Shown: in pieces, positions 10,750 through 23,556 of the stretch
How positions within the stretch are numbered: position 1 is the first letter of the stretch
Layout: every line of letters starts with the position of its first letter
Source: Eutreptiella sp. 'Long Island Sound 2002'
Taxonomy: Eukaryota > Protista > Euglenida
Assembly: GCA_964036045.1 (NCBI GenBank)
Contig: OZ038378.1
Location: 10,602,001 to 10,666,000, forward strand
Direction: 5' to 3'
Length of the DNA stretch: 64,000 bases
Notes under the pieces: generated by a model
What the model was told of the DNA's origin: nothing
Database searches by the model: none
Seen by the model: only the letters and a program-made list of their open reading frames with translations
Made by a program: the position numbers and the translations under genes

Positions 10750-12425
10750 GTTGTAGTTGCGAGGCCCGTGGTCCTACTTAGCTGGTGAACGATGTGTGCA
10801 ATTGTTGCTTGGCTGGGCGCCACTCTTGGGCATGCAACGTGCATGCCAACATAGTATGGTAGTCGCATAGTATGGTGCATTGCCACAATATCTACATAGG
10901 CCTTCAAGTCCAATAGGGGGCCCACGGCGAAGAGCATGTGCATTTTGGCCATTGTGTGTTGTTCCCATGATTGAGTGACCCACCATCCTTGGTTATTGCC
11001 TCTTGAAAGATAGTTTTCATGGCCTTGGAGTAGTCACGAGAAGAGTTGTACAGATCGGGGCTATTCTTTTTCTCATTGCCGGGGTGGATATAGAAAATGT
11101 TGTGCTTCAATACGTAGTGACGGAGATTTTTCAACGGGTGGTGCATCCTGGTAATTGAAGAAGAGTCGTTGTTGTTGGTGGTGATGCCCCAGTGCGACAA
11201 GACGACGTCGTCCTCCTCTATTCCTCGCACACACAGTTTCTTTTTATAGAGAAATTGGCATTCCTTGTCAAGTAGAGCAATTTGTTTCCTGTCCTACATG
11301 AGTTGGTCGGCTGTATCCGCTTTGTAGAACATAACGTTGTTTTGTAGCAAGGTTCGATCCATAGAGTTGGCCCATTTGTGAAGGCCCGTGGGCTTTGCTT
11401 TTTCCAACTTCAAGTTGTCGGCGTCTTCCGTTTGCGTTGGAGGCGGCTTTTGTACACAACATTGTTGTTACCAAGAATAGGATGATTAAATGCGATAATG
11501 GATACGGAGATGATAATAGTTGAACAAAAGCGGGTAATGCTTGACGATGTTGAGTAATTGTGAGCAATGGATTATAACCTTGATGAAGATGGATAACACA
11601 CCCTTGAATAGCTGATTCGGGACGATTTGTATTTGAATCAGCATGATTCTGGCATCGATTTGCTGAAATAAAAAAAAATAGACACTCAGAAAGTGTGGTG
11701 TGTCACCGACTTTCTCCATATATCAAGCAGACCCTAGGCACATGTGGTGGCATGAAATTTATATCCTCTATCCGAAAAGGCCTACATGCTGGTTTGCTCC
11801 TCACCGAAATTGCTTTGGATGGCTTGTAACAAATGGTTGTGGTGACACCCTTCGAGACACCCATATGCATGTCCCAAAGCATGTCACGGGCATTTGAAAC
11901 CCCTCAACGTATCCTGTTTTTGCTGATGGTTTGCGCTTGAAAATGCATTTTTAAAATCATGCGGCCTGAGGACTTCAAAGCACAGCTGAAGAGCAATATG
12001 AAACCACAAAGAACATTCCTCAGAGTGTGCACTGTCCGTGTGACCGTGAATACAGAAAACTGGAAAATCCATTTAAGTTTTGACAGTAGGCTGTTGGGGC
12101 TGTTGCTGCGTCCCAAGACTGCCGTACTCTGCACCCGTTACGCAGCCTAATTCAGAACCTCATAAAGCCCACAGCACCGATCCACTTTCTGCCCCAAGGT
12201 TATCAACTCAGTTTTGATTCCTGTCAGTTGCTTTTCAATGGACCACAAAGCAGCCTGAGGCAATCTACCACTGCTGAAGGACAGTTTGGGTGCATCGGCA
12301 TTGTCTGCTTTCAGCTCAATCTGTGCAGACGTTGTTGCACTCCAGAACAACAAGAAACCGTATGACCTCTGGTTTCCTTTGACCTCGATGATCTCACCTG
12401 ATCTTAACTGCAGCAATATTGGCAT
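10750..12425 (-). mobile_element. highly degenerate LINE-like retrotransposon relic
   Basis: Broken frames give DFKNAF (RT-like, ~11940-11960) and downstream CRYCGNAPYYATTILCWH resembling the LINE C-terminal cysteine motif; many stops. Confidence 0.4.
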
Positions 12426-13448
12426 AGTGCGGTGAACATCAGTTCATTCACCACAGTTCCTGTCTTGGACAGACACAGTCGTAGTTAAAACCCTATTCCC
12501 AAGGAAACAAAGGAGGCTGTACCTGGTGTAGTGTGTATTTCTACTAGGAACCTCTTTTTCAAGCCATACTCAAAGCAAAAGACCGCTGCTGTCACCATGC
12601 GGCCTGCCACAGCTTCACTTGTCTCACTTGCTCCACAGCACCCTAGGCTACTCCAATAGGGGCAACTCCACTAGGTGTATGGAAGGCCTTCGGCGCCCCT
12701 TCGGGGCTTCCTCACTTGCTTGGCTCGCTTGGAATATGTTCCGATGTGCACAGGTAAACACCGTTGGCATCCCGTTTTGGGCGGAAGGGGGCCTTCGGCC
12801 CCCCTCCCAAAAATTGGCACTTCGCTTCTGTAACATGCAAAGAGTGCCTACAAACAGCAGACCACGTCTACTTGGGCCAGACCGCATCTACATGATACAG
12901 ACAGGCAGCCATGCCCACGTGCACGGGTAAATGATGTTAGCGGACCGTGTTTGGGGAAGGGGGCCGAATTGCCCGAAGTGCCCGAAGTGCCAAATATTGG
13001 GACTTCACGTCTACAACATGCCGACTGCGTCTACTTGGGGCAGATAGTGTCTACAGACTACAGACTGCAATTCCTATGATGGGCGCCATAAACAGGAGGG
13101 TTGTACCGGTAAACGGAGTGGCATTCGGTGTAAAATGTGCATATTCTTGCATATTGCGGGCCTCTGCTACACACCCTCCGGACCCCCAGGGTGGTGAGGG
13201 ATGGGGGGGGGGGGGGGCAGAGCTCTCATGGACCAAAGATTATATATATTTGGAAATATTCACAAATATGTGGCTATTTTACACATCAAGGGTCCGTGAC
13301 CGCGATGAGTATTGCAGCGGGACAAGAAAGGTTGTGGAAGTGGGTTTGGCTTTTTGTCTTGGGAGACTCTGAGCAGGTCCCTTAGAGCCCATAGCAGGGA
13401 CTGTCAGCCAGAAAAGTCTGGGGGTATGGTATGGTTGCCCCTGTGAAG

Positions 13449-15535
13449 GCATGGTTCAGGTCAGTGACAACAACAGCCAGACCGAAATACCCAGCTTGGA
13501 TAGCCAGCGGCTCCAGGAAGGTCTGGGGCTCATTCCTGGAACACAAGTCATTTTCACCCGGTCCACCAGTAAAATTGTTCGGGTGGATGATGAGGGACCG
13601 GCCTCCCTGACGGGAAAGGAGGATACCTGGGGTACCATAGGACCAGATGATGGGTGAAATGACAAAGGCAGGGATGGTTCGGCGGGTTGTCATGCACGTG
13701 TCAAGGTAGACGCTTGAGAGGCTCTTGGGTCAGACTTCAGTGTGGACAACCACCGCGGTCCACAACCGAGTACTTGAGAGGGGGTTTACGCATAACGCCA
13801 GCGGGGGTTGCACCTCCGATCCAGAGGCATCGGCTAACCAACCTGCGAATCTAACATCAGAGCACTGATGAAGCAGTCGTCGTTCCCATTTGGTACAGCG
13901 ACATCATTTTTGTTGCCCATCCTGAAGTCACATTCAAACCAGCATGGCCCATGGATTTTGGAACAGTTTGGCACAGCTTCGTGCTATGGGTCCCCAGTGA
14001 TTGGCCACCCCAGCTAGAATGGACGACCATGGCCCAGGCCACTGACATGGGCATGGTAGTGAGGGAGCACAGCACACGAGTAGGCTGCAAGCTGCGAATG
14101 CCACATCTGTGGAAACTCCAAGCCGAACGGAGGGAGACAAGCAAAAAAAACAGCAACGTTTGGGTGGAATGCCCCAGGGTGAACGGGCTGGTTGGGTACT
14201 GCTGCGGCCATGGGCCGTGAATCAAATAGCAAATGCGGCTCAAAATGCGGAGGCCTGAACTAGAGCACAGAGAACCGTCTGTTGATGTTCGAGCCCAGCT
14301 GCCCAAGGGACAACAGGGCCCAAGCACCGTGCAGGTCATTGCAGTCCGCGTAGATCTGCCCATAGCTGTACCTCCGTGGACAGCAACTCATCAGTCAGGC
14401 ATTACCAGTGGGGGGCCCTGGGCGTTCAGACAGGGGGTTATGGGTATGGGTATGGACAGAAGCCCTGCACCAAATACCGGGCGAGCACCGCCATGTGTCT
14501 CACTGCGGTGTACTGCGGTTGCCTCTTCGGACTCGTGAGGCATCCAGGGCACTGCCGTAGCCACGTGCCACGGACCACGTAGACGGGTCAAAGGGGTGTG
14601 CAATGCAGTGTGCTGTGTACTCTCACAGCAGTGGTTACCAGGGTGGCCCCTACCATCAGCCGACGGCTGTGGTTCCAAAAACCCTACACAGTCTCTCCCA
14701 TGCCAAGAAATGCATGACTGTGTATGGCCCAATGCGCAACCACTGTGGGAACGCCCCCTTGTAAAATGCAAACGGTCCCTCTTTCCGCAATGTCTGCAGC
14801 ACCACGTCCAGTGACCCGCTGTACACCGCGTGCACTCCAGACTGCTGCGCAAATTGCTTGGCTGCCATGAGCCGCGTGCGTGTGAAGTCCAAGGGTGCCG
14901 TGGCAGCCACTGTCAAGAAACCTGCAGTGGCAGCCGCGCAAAACTCCTGGGGCACCCCGTCCAGCCCCAAACCTTTGAACATCGATTTGGCCTCGTCATA
15001 CGACCCAAGCTTCACGGATCCCAGCACAACGGCGCGTGAGACTGTGAGGCTGGCACCCTGTGGTAGAGGGTTGCGCAACATAGCAGTGGATTTGTAACCA
15101 TTGCAGAGGGTCATGGGGGACTATGAAGGGTGCTGGAGGGTTGTAGAATTTCTGAAACAATTGTAAGGGTGGCACAGCTTCTCGAGGGTGTTCCCACCAT
15201 GTCGCCTGAGACAAATTCACCGCCAATACGAAAACTACCAGAGCCTCCATTTCTGCCTGCTGCTCAATTCTAGGGATCTCGTCAAGGCTACGGCTTCCAG
15301 ATGTGCGCCCGAGGCGTTCTTGCTTACTACTTACTAGACAAGGCCGCAGGTCCTCCATACGTGGAATGCCAACGAAGCATGGCACGGCCTTTGACATGAC
15401 CAAGGCATTTGATCCCTCTGCCCACAGTGCCATCCGGTACTTACTGGACTACTGGCACTTCCCCAGCCCATTGCCCTGCTCCTCTTGGACCTCCACTGTA
15501 AAGACCCCCGCTGCAGTTTGTCACATCCCATGAGC
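13449..15535. repeat. segment duplicated at ~32150-34240 (copy 1)
   Basis: Direct comparison: core ~14095-15365 nearly identical to the region 18661 bp downstream; flanks more diverged. Confidence 0.95.
14656..15057 (-). CDS. mitochondrial carrier gene, exon 4 (last)
   Basis: CCACAG|GGT acceptor; FWK+GASLTVSRAVVLGSVKLGSYDEAK joins in phase 0; carrier signature PLDFTRTRL; TGA at 14656. Confidence 0.9.
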   Translation of the reverse strand, partial: GASLTVSRAVVLGSVKLGSYDEAKSMFKGLGLDGVPQEFCAAATAGFLTVAATAPLDFTRTRLMAAKQFAQQSGVHAVYSGSLDVVLQTLRKEGPFAFYKGAFPQWLRIGPYTVMHFLAWERLCRVFGTTAVG

Positions 15536-16500
15536 ATCAGAGGAGGAGCATGGCAATGCACTGTGTTACCACTCCCTATACCACCAAGACCAGCGGAATG
15601 TAGCCCACGAGCAGGGTAGGGGGAGGGAGGAGCTTCATATCCATGTGTCAAAGGCTATGGGCCCTTCGGCTTGCAGGTACCCTGTGACTTTCTCCTTGGG
15701 GGAGGAGGCACCAAATAAAACCATGACCTGGAGGGGTCCAACGCTCATTGTTTCCCCCCTAAGAATTATTGCAGTAGGTGTAAACGTGCATGGGTCAAAC
15801 TTCCCCAGCTTGAGGTGCTTTCTGGGTGCACTTTAAGTGTATTGTGGACCTAGTGTCCCACAGCGTCAGGGCTGACACACGGAATATTTTTGCGTACTGT
15901 CGTTGCGGACGTGAAGGTTGTACCAAATATGCCATCACACTTCACACATGCAAGTTACACTCCTTAGTGTCGTGGAGGTTGGCCAAACCGTTGTGCGAGA
16001 TGTCAATAGTCAACAGCTTTGGGTTGCAGGCAAGATGTTCCGCCCTCCCACACACATTGTTGAGAGCTTTCACGGTGTGGATGCCTTATTGGTGACTTTA
16101 CAAGTTGGTGCCATTGACACGAATTGGGCTCATGATACACGCATGTCAATTCATTCGTGATGGCCGGAATGGCACCCAACCACTCTCCACCTGTTGCATG
16201 GTTTCTAAGACGTTCAACTTGAGCACTTACCCAACGGGTGCAATAGGGATCAAGGTGGTGTCACGCATATCACCCCAAAGGCCTGTAGCAGCTTTACCAA
16301 AAAAGAGGGCGCAAAAGAGGCCAAATTGTGTCGTGGGACGGGTGCATGAGGCAGCACCAGTGGCCAACAACAGTGATGATGTGGCTAGACCCATACAAGC
16401 CGCAAAATTTCAAAGGAGTCCACATTGTACTAGCATGCGATGGCACGCAACATATGTCCCCTACAAGAAAGGCATGGAGTTCATTGTGCTTCATTGAACT
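15380..16500 (+). mobile_element. degenerate LINE RT fragment
   Basis: AFDMTKAFDPSAHSAIRYLL resembles the non-LTR RT motif DxxKAFD.vxH; remainder frameshifted, right end uncertain. Confidence 0.4.
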
Positions 16501-16539
16501 AAATCAATAGTGAAACAGAAATGCCCAGGGCATTCATCA

Positions 16540-17970
16540 TGGCACAAGGGATGAAAGACGAGCTAAGAGAGTTGTGCAACAATTGGAGCCCTCCCATGAA
16601 CTCTAAGGAGCCTACATGCATTGCTTTCACCCTTGAACGAATATTGCATGCACAATAGAGCCCCATCCCAACCTCTAGGGGACATACGTTGAATCCTTTC
16701 ACCTTTGAACAAGTAGCACAAGCAATGTATGACCTTGCCACACCCTCCACGGAAGGTGTGGTAATTGTTTTTGCAGTCAAAGAATTAGCCCAGCAGATGT
16801 TGCACCCTCCTTGGACCTTGTGGGGCCTATGTTGGGTGATTTTAGTGATAAACAACGAGGGCAAACCTCCCATGCCCTTTCACGGGTCCGCGGAAATTGT
16901 TTATACCATTGAACAATTCACGCCTTGGATGTAGAGCCTTCCCATGACGTGCAGGGGGGCTACTTGCATTTTGTTCAACGTGTAAACAACAAGCGCAAGG
17001 GGTGTAGAGCCTCCCAATGTACACCCCCATGACGTATGGGGGGCTTGCACTAATTGTCAAACATGTAGTGAAGGGGGTGGGGAGCCCTCCCATGACCTCT
17101 GTCTATGGGGCTTGCTGCTTGTTTTCATCACGGAACAATGACAGGCCTCCAACGGTAGGGTGCTTATGTTCATAATTTTCAGAACCGGAGAATTTGCGGA
17201 GAGAGCCATCCTATGATGGGGCCTATGCCCCTTGCTTTAATCGTGAGACAAATGGTTGCAAGGGGTGTGCCACCTGCCCATGACCTCCGGGGCGCCAAAG
17301 CTAATTACTTTCATGTTGATCCACCAGAGTAGGGTTAGGGTTAGGCAGTGTATAGCACTCCCATGACCTCCACAACACATGCACTTCTTGTTTTCAACAT
17401 CAAACAAGTTGGGCATGGGGTGTAGAGCACTACCATGATGTGTAGGGGTCTTGCGCTGGTTGTTATCAACTTGAACGTTTTAGAGTGGGTGTAAAGCCTT
17501 CCCATGACCACTAGGGGGCTAGTGTTATTTGTTTTCACCCTAAAACAACTAGGCCACGCGGTGTGCAGCACTCCCTACTTGCAGTGCTACGGAGCATGCG
17601 TTGATTGTTTCAGCCATGAAACAAGTAGCTAAGCAGTTGTAGCGCCATTCATTTCCTCTATGGGGCTTGCACCACTACACAAACTCAAGCGGGCCAATGC
17701 TGATCGCATGGGGTGCAAAGCCCTACCATGACCCCCACAGAGCCACCACGAAATTATTTTCACCCTTAAACGACTAGCGCACGGGTGCAAAATCCTCTCA
17801 TGGCCTTTATGGGGCCTACGCCAACTATGTGCACAAAATAAACGAAATAGCGCATGGGGCCTTCACTACTTCGCCCACTGACCTCTAAGGGGCCTGTGCC
17901 AATTATCTTCTCGTTGTACAATTAATCCGCACATGGGAAGTATAGCCCTCCCATGACCTCCAGGCCCACG
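16540..17970. repeat. degenerate ~71-72 bp tandem array (~20 units)
   Basis: Core GAGCCCTCCCATGACCTC recurs at ~16587, 16658, 16863, 16934, 17006, 17082, 17355, 17426, 17496, 17568, 17720, 17944. Confidence 0.75.
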
Positions 17971-18019
17971 TCTTGGCCGAAAACTCATGGTGGATGTGTT
18001 TATGGGACAAAAGCATGGT

Positions 18020-18330
18020 CTTAAAGAGGTTAAACCAAAAACTCAACCCCTTTGGGTGGGGACTGCAAGGCCCACAATTGGGGGCATGCGGTGTTTTCCC
18101 ATATGTGGGCCTACGTGGCTTTGATCTAACATCCTTTGCAAAGTAATTGTATGGCCTTTAGCACCACCTCGCAAACAACCTGCCCTGAGCAATGAACACC
18201 AAACTAGCAGATTTTCCAACCATCCATAAGATCCATCAACATCATGGCTCCCTGTGGGCGTATACATAGTTCCACCATCACCAAATGATTAGCCAACAAA
18301 GGACCCAAGAAGGGCCTTTGGGGTTTGCCA
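18020..18330. repeat. dispersed repeat, direct copy at ~21140-21440
   Basis: Shared blocks such as TGGCTTTGATCTAA, CTGCCCTGAGC, ATCCATAAGATCCAT, CATCATGGCTCCC in the same order. Confidence 0.75.
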
Positions 18331-18694
18331 AAGGTCACCAAAAAATTGCCCGCATGACAAAGGCTAGGAGAATGCTTCTCCTGCGGCGCCTGCGGCGCGC
18401 CCTACAGCACGCAATTTGGGAAACTTGCCTAATTTGTGGAGCTTTTTAGATTCCACCTTGTTGTGCTCCCTGGGGGGCTTGGGGCCCGGTTTTACCATAT
18501 AGTATGGCCCCTTTATGTGTCCATATTGATCTCTCCTTACCATGGGGACCTCGAGAAGGCACGAGTTATGTTACGGGGTGTCAACCCGGGGGCAGGGGTT
18601 AGGTAGCCACTATGCCCACATGTGGGCCATTTCTGATTTTGTCCCCGTGCTTAGCATTGGGAGCCATTGATTTCTCCCCAGTAGCTGGGGACAC

Positions 18695-19093
18695 CAGGGG
18701 TTGCCATAATAAAATAAAATAAAAAAAACTCGGAGTGTCCAATACGCCCTATGATGGCGGCCGGTGGGTAACTGATGGCGGTTGGTGGGTAACCGATGGC
18801 GGTTGGTGTGTAACGGATGGCGGTTGGTGTGTAACCGATGGCGGTTGGTGTGTAACTGATGGCGGTTGGTGGGTAACCGATGGCGGTTGGTGGGCAACCG
18901 ATGGCGGTTGGTGGGTAACCGATGGCGGTTGGTGTGTAACCGACGGCGGTTGGTGGGTAATTGATGGCGGTTGGTGGGTAACCGATGGCGGTTGGTGGGT
19001 AACCGATGGCGGTTGGTGGATAGCCACCAAACATCAGAGAGTGGCTGCCTTAGTAAAAAAAAAAAAGGCTGAGCGTCCTTATGGCAACCCCTG
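18695..19093. mobile_element. hAT-type MITE with internal minisatellite
   Basis: Perfect TIR CAGGGGTTGCCATAA / TTATGGCAACCCCTG; 8-bp TSD GGGGACAC at 18687-18694 and 19094-19101. Confidence 0.9.
18752..19020. repeat. 21-bp minisatellite (GATGGCGGTTGGTGGGTAACC), ~13 copies
   Basis: Directly visible tandem array. Confidence 0.95.
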
Positions 19094-19703
19094 GGGGACA
19101 CTTGTTAAATGCAGTCGTCAGCCCGCGGATAGGGGGCCCCTGGCGCGGGCCGCTGCCACCCACATTGAGCATTGTGTCCAATCCATCTACTCTCCAGGCG
19201 GAGCAACGTGTGCTATTTCTCAGTTATCTGGTTTGTTTCCGGAACAGTCTGCAATAAAACAGGTTTCTCAAACCTTGCGGCGCGCAGAAAGCGTTCTCTA
19301 GCGCCTTACTAGTGGGGCCGGGCCCACAGGGCAGCCGATCTTGGAAACCTCAAGATGGCGCCCGGTTGCCTCGTCGTTGGTAGGGGGTCCATGTAGAAGA
19401 AAAAGGGGGAATGGATGCACGCACAGTGGCGCCTACACGCCAAATAAAATGGTGCTTTTGGGGGCAAATAGGCCGCACTAAGGGGGCGTTTTTGCACAGC
19501 GCGCGCACAGCGCCAGTTATTACGGTGTTTATCCCGGTAACAGCCCTGAAAACCTGCCACCTCTAGAAGCATGCATGAGCAATTCAAAACTCCGAAATTC
19601 AACCGTGTCGTGTTCTCAGAATTATCCAATGTCCAAAACAATGCAATGTAGACAATAAAATTGTCTTGCGGGTGTTAAAGAACACCCGAAAATATATTAG
19701 GGG

Positions 19704-20132
19704 CTACTCGGGAACATCAATATCGCAAGTATGTTCACCCATGCAACCTCTACACAAGTAAAGGTCACACGTGGAGCACTCCGATGTGTCCCTTTTGCCA
19801 CAAACTTGGCAAAGGAAAGTATCCTCCTCTTCCTCATCAACCTCAGGGGCCTCTTCCTCTGTCCAAATGGAAGAAGGAATGTGCTCCCATGGGCCATAAG
19901 GCTGATACCTTTTCTGTCTTCGCAACATGAATTGTGAAAAGTGCAGAAGTATGCGTGTGTTGGCATGCAAATCTTGATGGGACCCCAGCCAAATGTCACG
20001 CACTGCTCTCCAAGACCAAAGGTGGGCAAACAAGTGTTCCACCCGTGCCCTATAATACCCATGCACATCATTATATGTTTTCTGCCGCATGGTCAAAGTA
20101 TTTCGACCAATGAAAGGGACATGTGAATGCAA
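19704..20132 (-). mobile_element. PIF/Harbinger(IS5)-like transposase C-terminal fragment
   Basis: YNDVHGYYRARVEHLFAHL resembles the DDE_Tnp_4 N..H...R..vE..F motif; acidic stretch then Cys-rich CQVC..CSTCDLYLCRGCMGEH; upstream frames broken. Confidence 0.55.
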
Positions 20133-22219
20133 TCACCACCTTCACCGCGTCTTGGAAATACTCCAAGTGGACTAATCCGGCGCAAACCCCACCACTGTGG
20201 CAGGAACTCGCACCCCATTGGAGCGAGTGTAGAACACCCTATCTCCAACATTAAAGTCCATGGTGAATGCAATAGAGGGTCTGAGAAATGAGAGCAAAAG
20301 ATGATGCCCCGCGGCAGACACCCTGAGAATGTATCATCATATACCGGCCTCAGGGTGCCCGTTTGCAAGGGTACATACACGCAAGAATGGGGAGGGTTGA
20401 TGCTACAAGGATACACAATGGCAATAGTACCCTGCGGCAATCCTACACCCAAAAAACTGCCTACCGGTGGAGGAAAATGGCCTACTTTTCGCACAGCGCA
20501 CGCGCAGCGCACAGTACGCCCCCTAAGAGAGCCTAATTGGTGCTACATGGCTGTCCATGGGTTTATATGCACTCCCATTGTCACCAAGTAATCACCCAAC
20601 AACGCCCCATGTATGTGAGGACCGTCAAGCATCGTCGGAAAAAGAGCATCTTTCAACCAACACACGTAAGCCACTTTCAGTAGAAATGGTTGTTTCGCAT
20701 CTTTCACAAAGGCCATGAACGGCCCTAGGCAAGGCTAGAGGCTGCGGAAAACGTCCTTTTGTCTCCTGGGGTGTGTATATTGTCACAACATCCCTATTGC
20801 ACCACTGACTGTGCGTGTAACACGGAGTGACTAAGGTCGCCAAAACAGCCAACATAGCAAAAATGGCAAAAAATGCATCAACCACATGAGCGCTCGTCCC
20901 ACTCTACCTTATGCAGTCTGAACTTGAAAACAACTCTTGGGCTCAAAATCGGGAAAAAACCAAAAGCTTCGTGATTTTAGACCCGCGAAATGGGGCGGGT
21001 CATTTTCTCAGCATGTTTGAACACCCGGCCGAAAAAAGGGGGTCTCAATTGGGGTGGTGTGTGGGGGGGGGGGGGGGCGTAGGGCGGTTGCCACTGAAAT
21101 ATTATTGGGGGGTGTGTAAAGTGGACAAAACGATGATTCTACAAAGGTTTAAACCAAAAAACCAACCACTTGGGGAAGGGTACGTAAATAGGGCCCCCAA
21201 AGGGGGTATGTGGCGTCTTCCCATATATGCCGGCCTCTATGGCTTTGATCTAATATCCTCTGCGGGGTGATTGTATTGCTTTCAGCAAGGCAACCTCACA
21301 AAGAATCTGCCCTGAGCCATGAGCCTTTGTGCCTTTGTTTTTGCAATCCATAAGATCCATTAGCATCATGGCTCCCCGTGGGCGCCATTGTTACCAAATG
21401 ATCAACCAACAGTCCAAGGGCCTCTAGGGGTTGTTGGAGGTCAGCAAAAAATCGAAATTTTACAACCAACCCATGCCGGCATGAAAACGGTGAGATTCTC
21501 ACGGGGGAGGGGGGGGGCAAAAGGGGGCCGGTGTCGGAAACCTTGACATAGCACCCGGGACCCATGTTGTTGCTGCGGGGGTCCATAGAGAAGAAAAAAG
21601 TGGTACGAGACTAGGGTATGAATGGACGCACAGTGCCCGCTATGGGCCAACCAATTTTTGCCCACCATAGTGCAATGAAGCCCAAAACGACGCTTTGGGG
21701 GGCCAATGAGGTGCACTACAGGGGCCTCGTTGGTGCTACATGGCTCCCCATGGGTTTATATGCACTCCCGATGTCACCAAATGATTGCCCAACCACTGCC
21801 CAAGTGGCCTTGAGGACTGTCAAGTATCGCCGGAGAAATTGCATTTTTCAGCTTGCACATGTGGGCCATTTTTAGCTGTGGCATTGCTCGGATTGTGCCT
21901 GTGGCTATCACATTGCTCTGAGGGTAGCCAGGGCTGTGGCTCTGCAGGTATCATGCACAGCGACAGCCTTGTCAAAACACAGGCATCCTCACTTGTGTTG
22001 CACTTTGCCTGTCTGTGGGCAAGATGTTGGGGGGTGAACTTTGAGAGGAGAGCCGCTTCACAAAGCGCACGCACTATTGTAAGGATAGAGGGTAATTGTA
22101 GAGGATAATATCGGGTGGTGGAGCACTGCAGGGGCTGATGGGGGCATGCTCGGTGGTATAGCATCCGTCTCAGGTCAATGAACCTTGTGAATCATTGTGC
22201 AGCATGATGCAAGTTGTAC

Positions 22220-22521
22220 CTTCCAGAACCCGGCGATACCCCCAGAAGTATGGATTTCTCTGACGTGCGTCCGCATAGTGGTCGCCGGCACGCACGTGTC
22301 TGCCTGCATGCGGGCCTTCAGCAGATCGGTAGGGTTCGCAATCGCACTTCCAATCGCGGCCGCCAGTGCCCCAGCGGTGAACTTGACCCAAAGCGGCTGA
22401 CGCCCGTCGGGCCCCACCAGCGACTCCTTGATGGGCACGTACAGCCCAAACCGAAGGGACGAGTAGGACGCTTCCCGTAATGCCCCGGCGGCGAAGCCCT
22501 TGAACAGGCCACGTGACAGCC
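22220..22521 (-). CDS. mitochondrial carrier gene, exon 3
   Basis: CTAG|GG acceptor, AAG|GTACAA donor; REASYSSLRFGLYVPIK and PTDLLKARMQA. Confidence 0.9.
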
Positions 22522-22726
22522 CTAGAGCATCCCGCGGCATGGCAGAGGAGTGTAAAGGGCTTTTGTGTGTTTGCAGCGGGGTTTCGGAAACTGTACACCG
22601 TTGTGTGCGTTGACGTGTGTTGGAGGGTTGTGTTTCAGGGCTGTGTTGCAGAGCTGTGCAGGAGGGTGGCGGTCGAGGGTGGCGGCGGAGGGCTGCAGAG
22701 CGTGGGGTGCACAGGGTTGCAAAGAC

Positions 22727-23213
22727 CTTCCTCTTGCAGGATCACGCGGGCGCCCCGAAACAGATTGTGGTATTTCTTTGCGGTGCCGCTTTCGTTTTGC
22801 AGTCGGACCTTTGTCGTCTCGATGGGATGGACCACTCCTTGGGCCAGGACTGCCGACAGGCCCCCGAGCGCGATCCGCAGCCCGGCTCCAGCGAATGGCG
22901 ACGCCGCCACCTTCGCTACGGCTCCGGCACCGGCACCGGCGGTCACGGACGCCAGTTTGCCCTGGAAGGCCTCCCACTCAGTGGTGTGACGCTGCCGCAA
23001 GGCTTCGAGATCGCTCTGAAGCTGTGCCGCTGCCTGAGGGGCAATGCCGGGGCTTCTCAGCTGCGACTCCAGAGCCTCCTGCTCGCTGGCGTGCCGGCTC
23101 AGCAGGTCGTCAACTTGCATCTGAATGCGCTGCATTTCGCGGTTGACACGCCCCCGCAATATCCTCCTCTCAATGTCCCGCAGCTCTGTCGGAGACGCGC
23201 CCTCGAAGAGCGC
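22727..23213 (-). CDS. mitochondrial carrier gene, exon 2 (coiled coil + first carrier repeat)
   Basis: TTGTAG|GCG acceptor, GAAG|GTCTTT donor; PIETTKVRLQ signature; phases match exons 1 and 3. Confidence 0.88.
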
Positions 23214-23436
23214 CTACAAGAAAAATAAGACGCCACGTGACGTTGCAAGTCACAGACAACATCGCACCCCCCCCCCCCCCGGCTCCCTGCCCAACCGACC
23301 GTACCCAGTGGCTCTACGCCGCCCAGTCCACGCCACATCACACCACGCCACGCCACACCACATCTTCCCACACCCCACGTCACATCTCAGGAGGCTCAGC
23401 ACCAAGCTAGTGCGGTCCCTCGGAAAAATTTCTTGT

Positions 23437-23550
23437 GCTGCGGCATGCTGCGGCATGCTGCGGCATGCTGCGGCATGCTTCAAAACCCCCATGTGCAGCT
23501 CCAAAAAACAGGTGCTGCGGCATGCTGCGGCATGCTGCGGCATGCTGCGG
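23437..23550. repeat. 10-bp tandem repeat (GCGGCATGCT) in two blocks
   Basis: Visible arrays at ~23437-23480 and ~23513-23550. Confidence 0.95.
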
Positions 23551-23556
23551 CTGCAC

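Noticed and set aside
17331-17345. TTAGGG telomere-like repeats (also ~37818-37835)
   Set aside because: Only 2-3 units; too short to call interstitial telomere.
18610-19301. Repetitive-protein ORFs and a CRISPR-like reading of the 21-bp array
   Set aside because: ORFs are open in all frames because of the repeat; there are no unique spacers and no cas genes.
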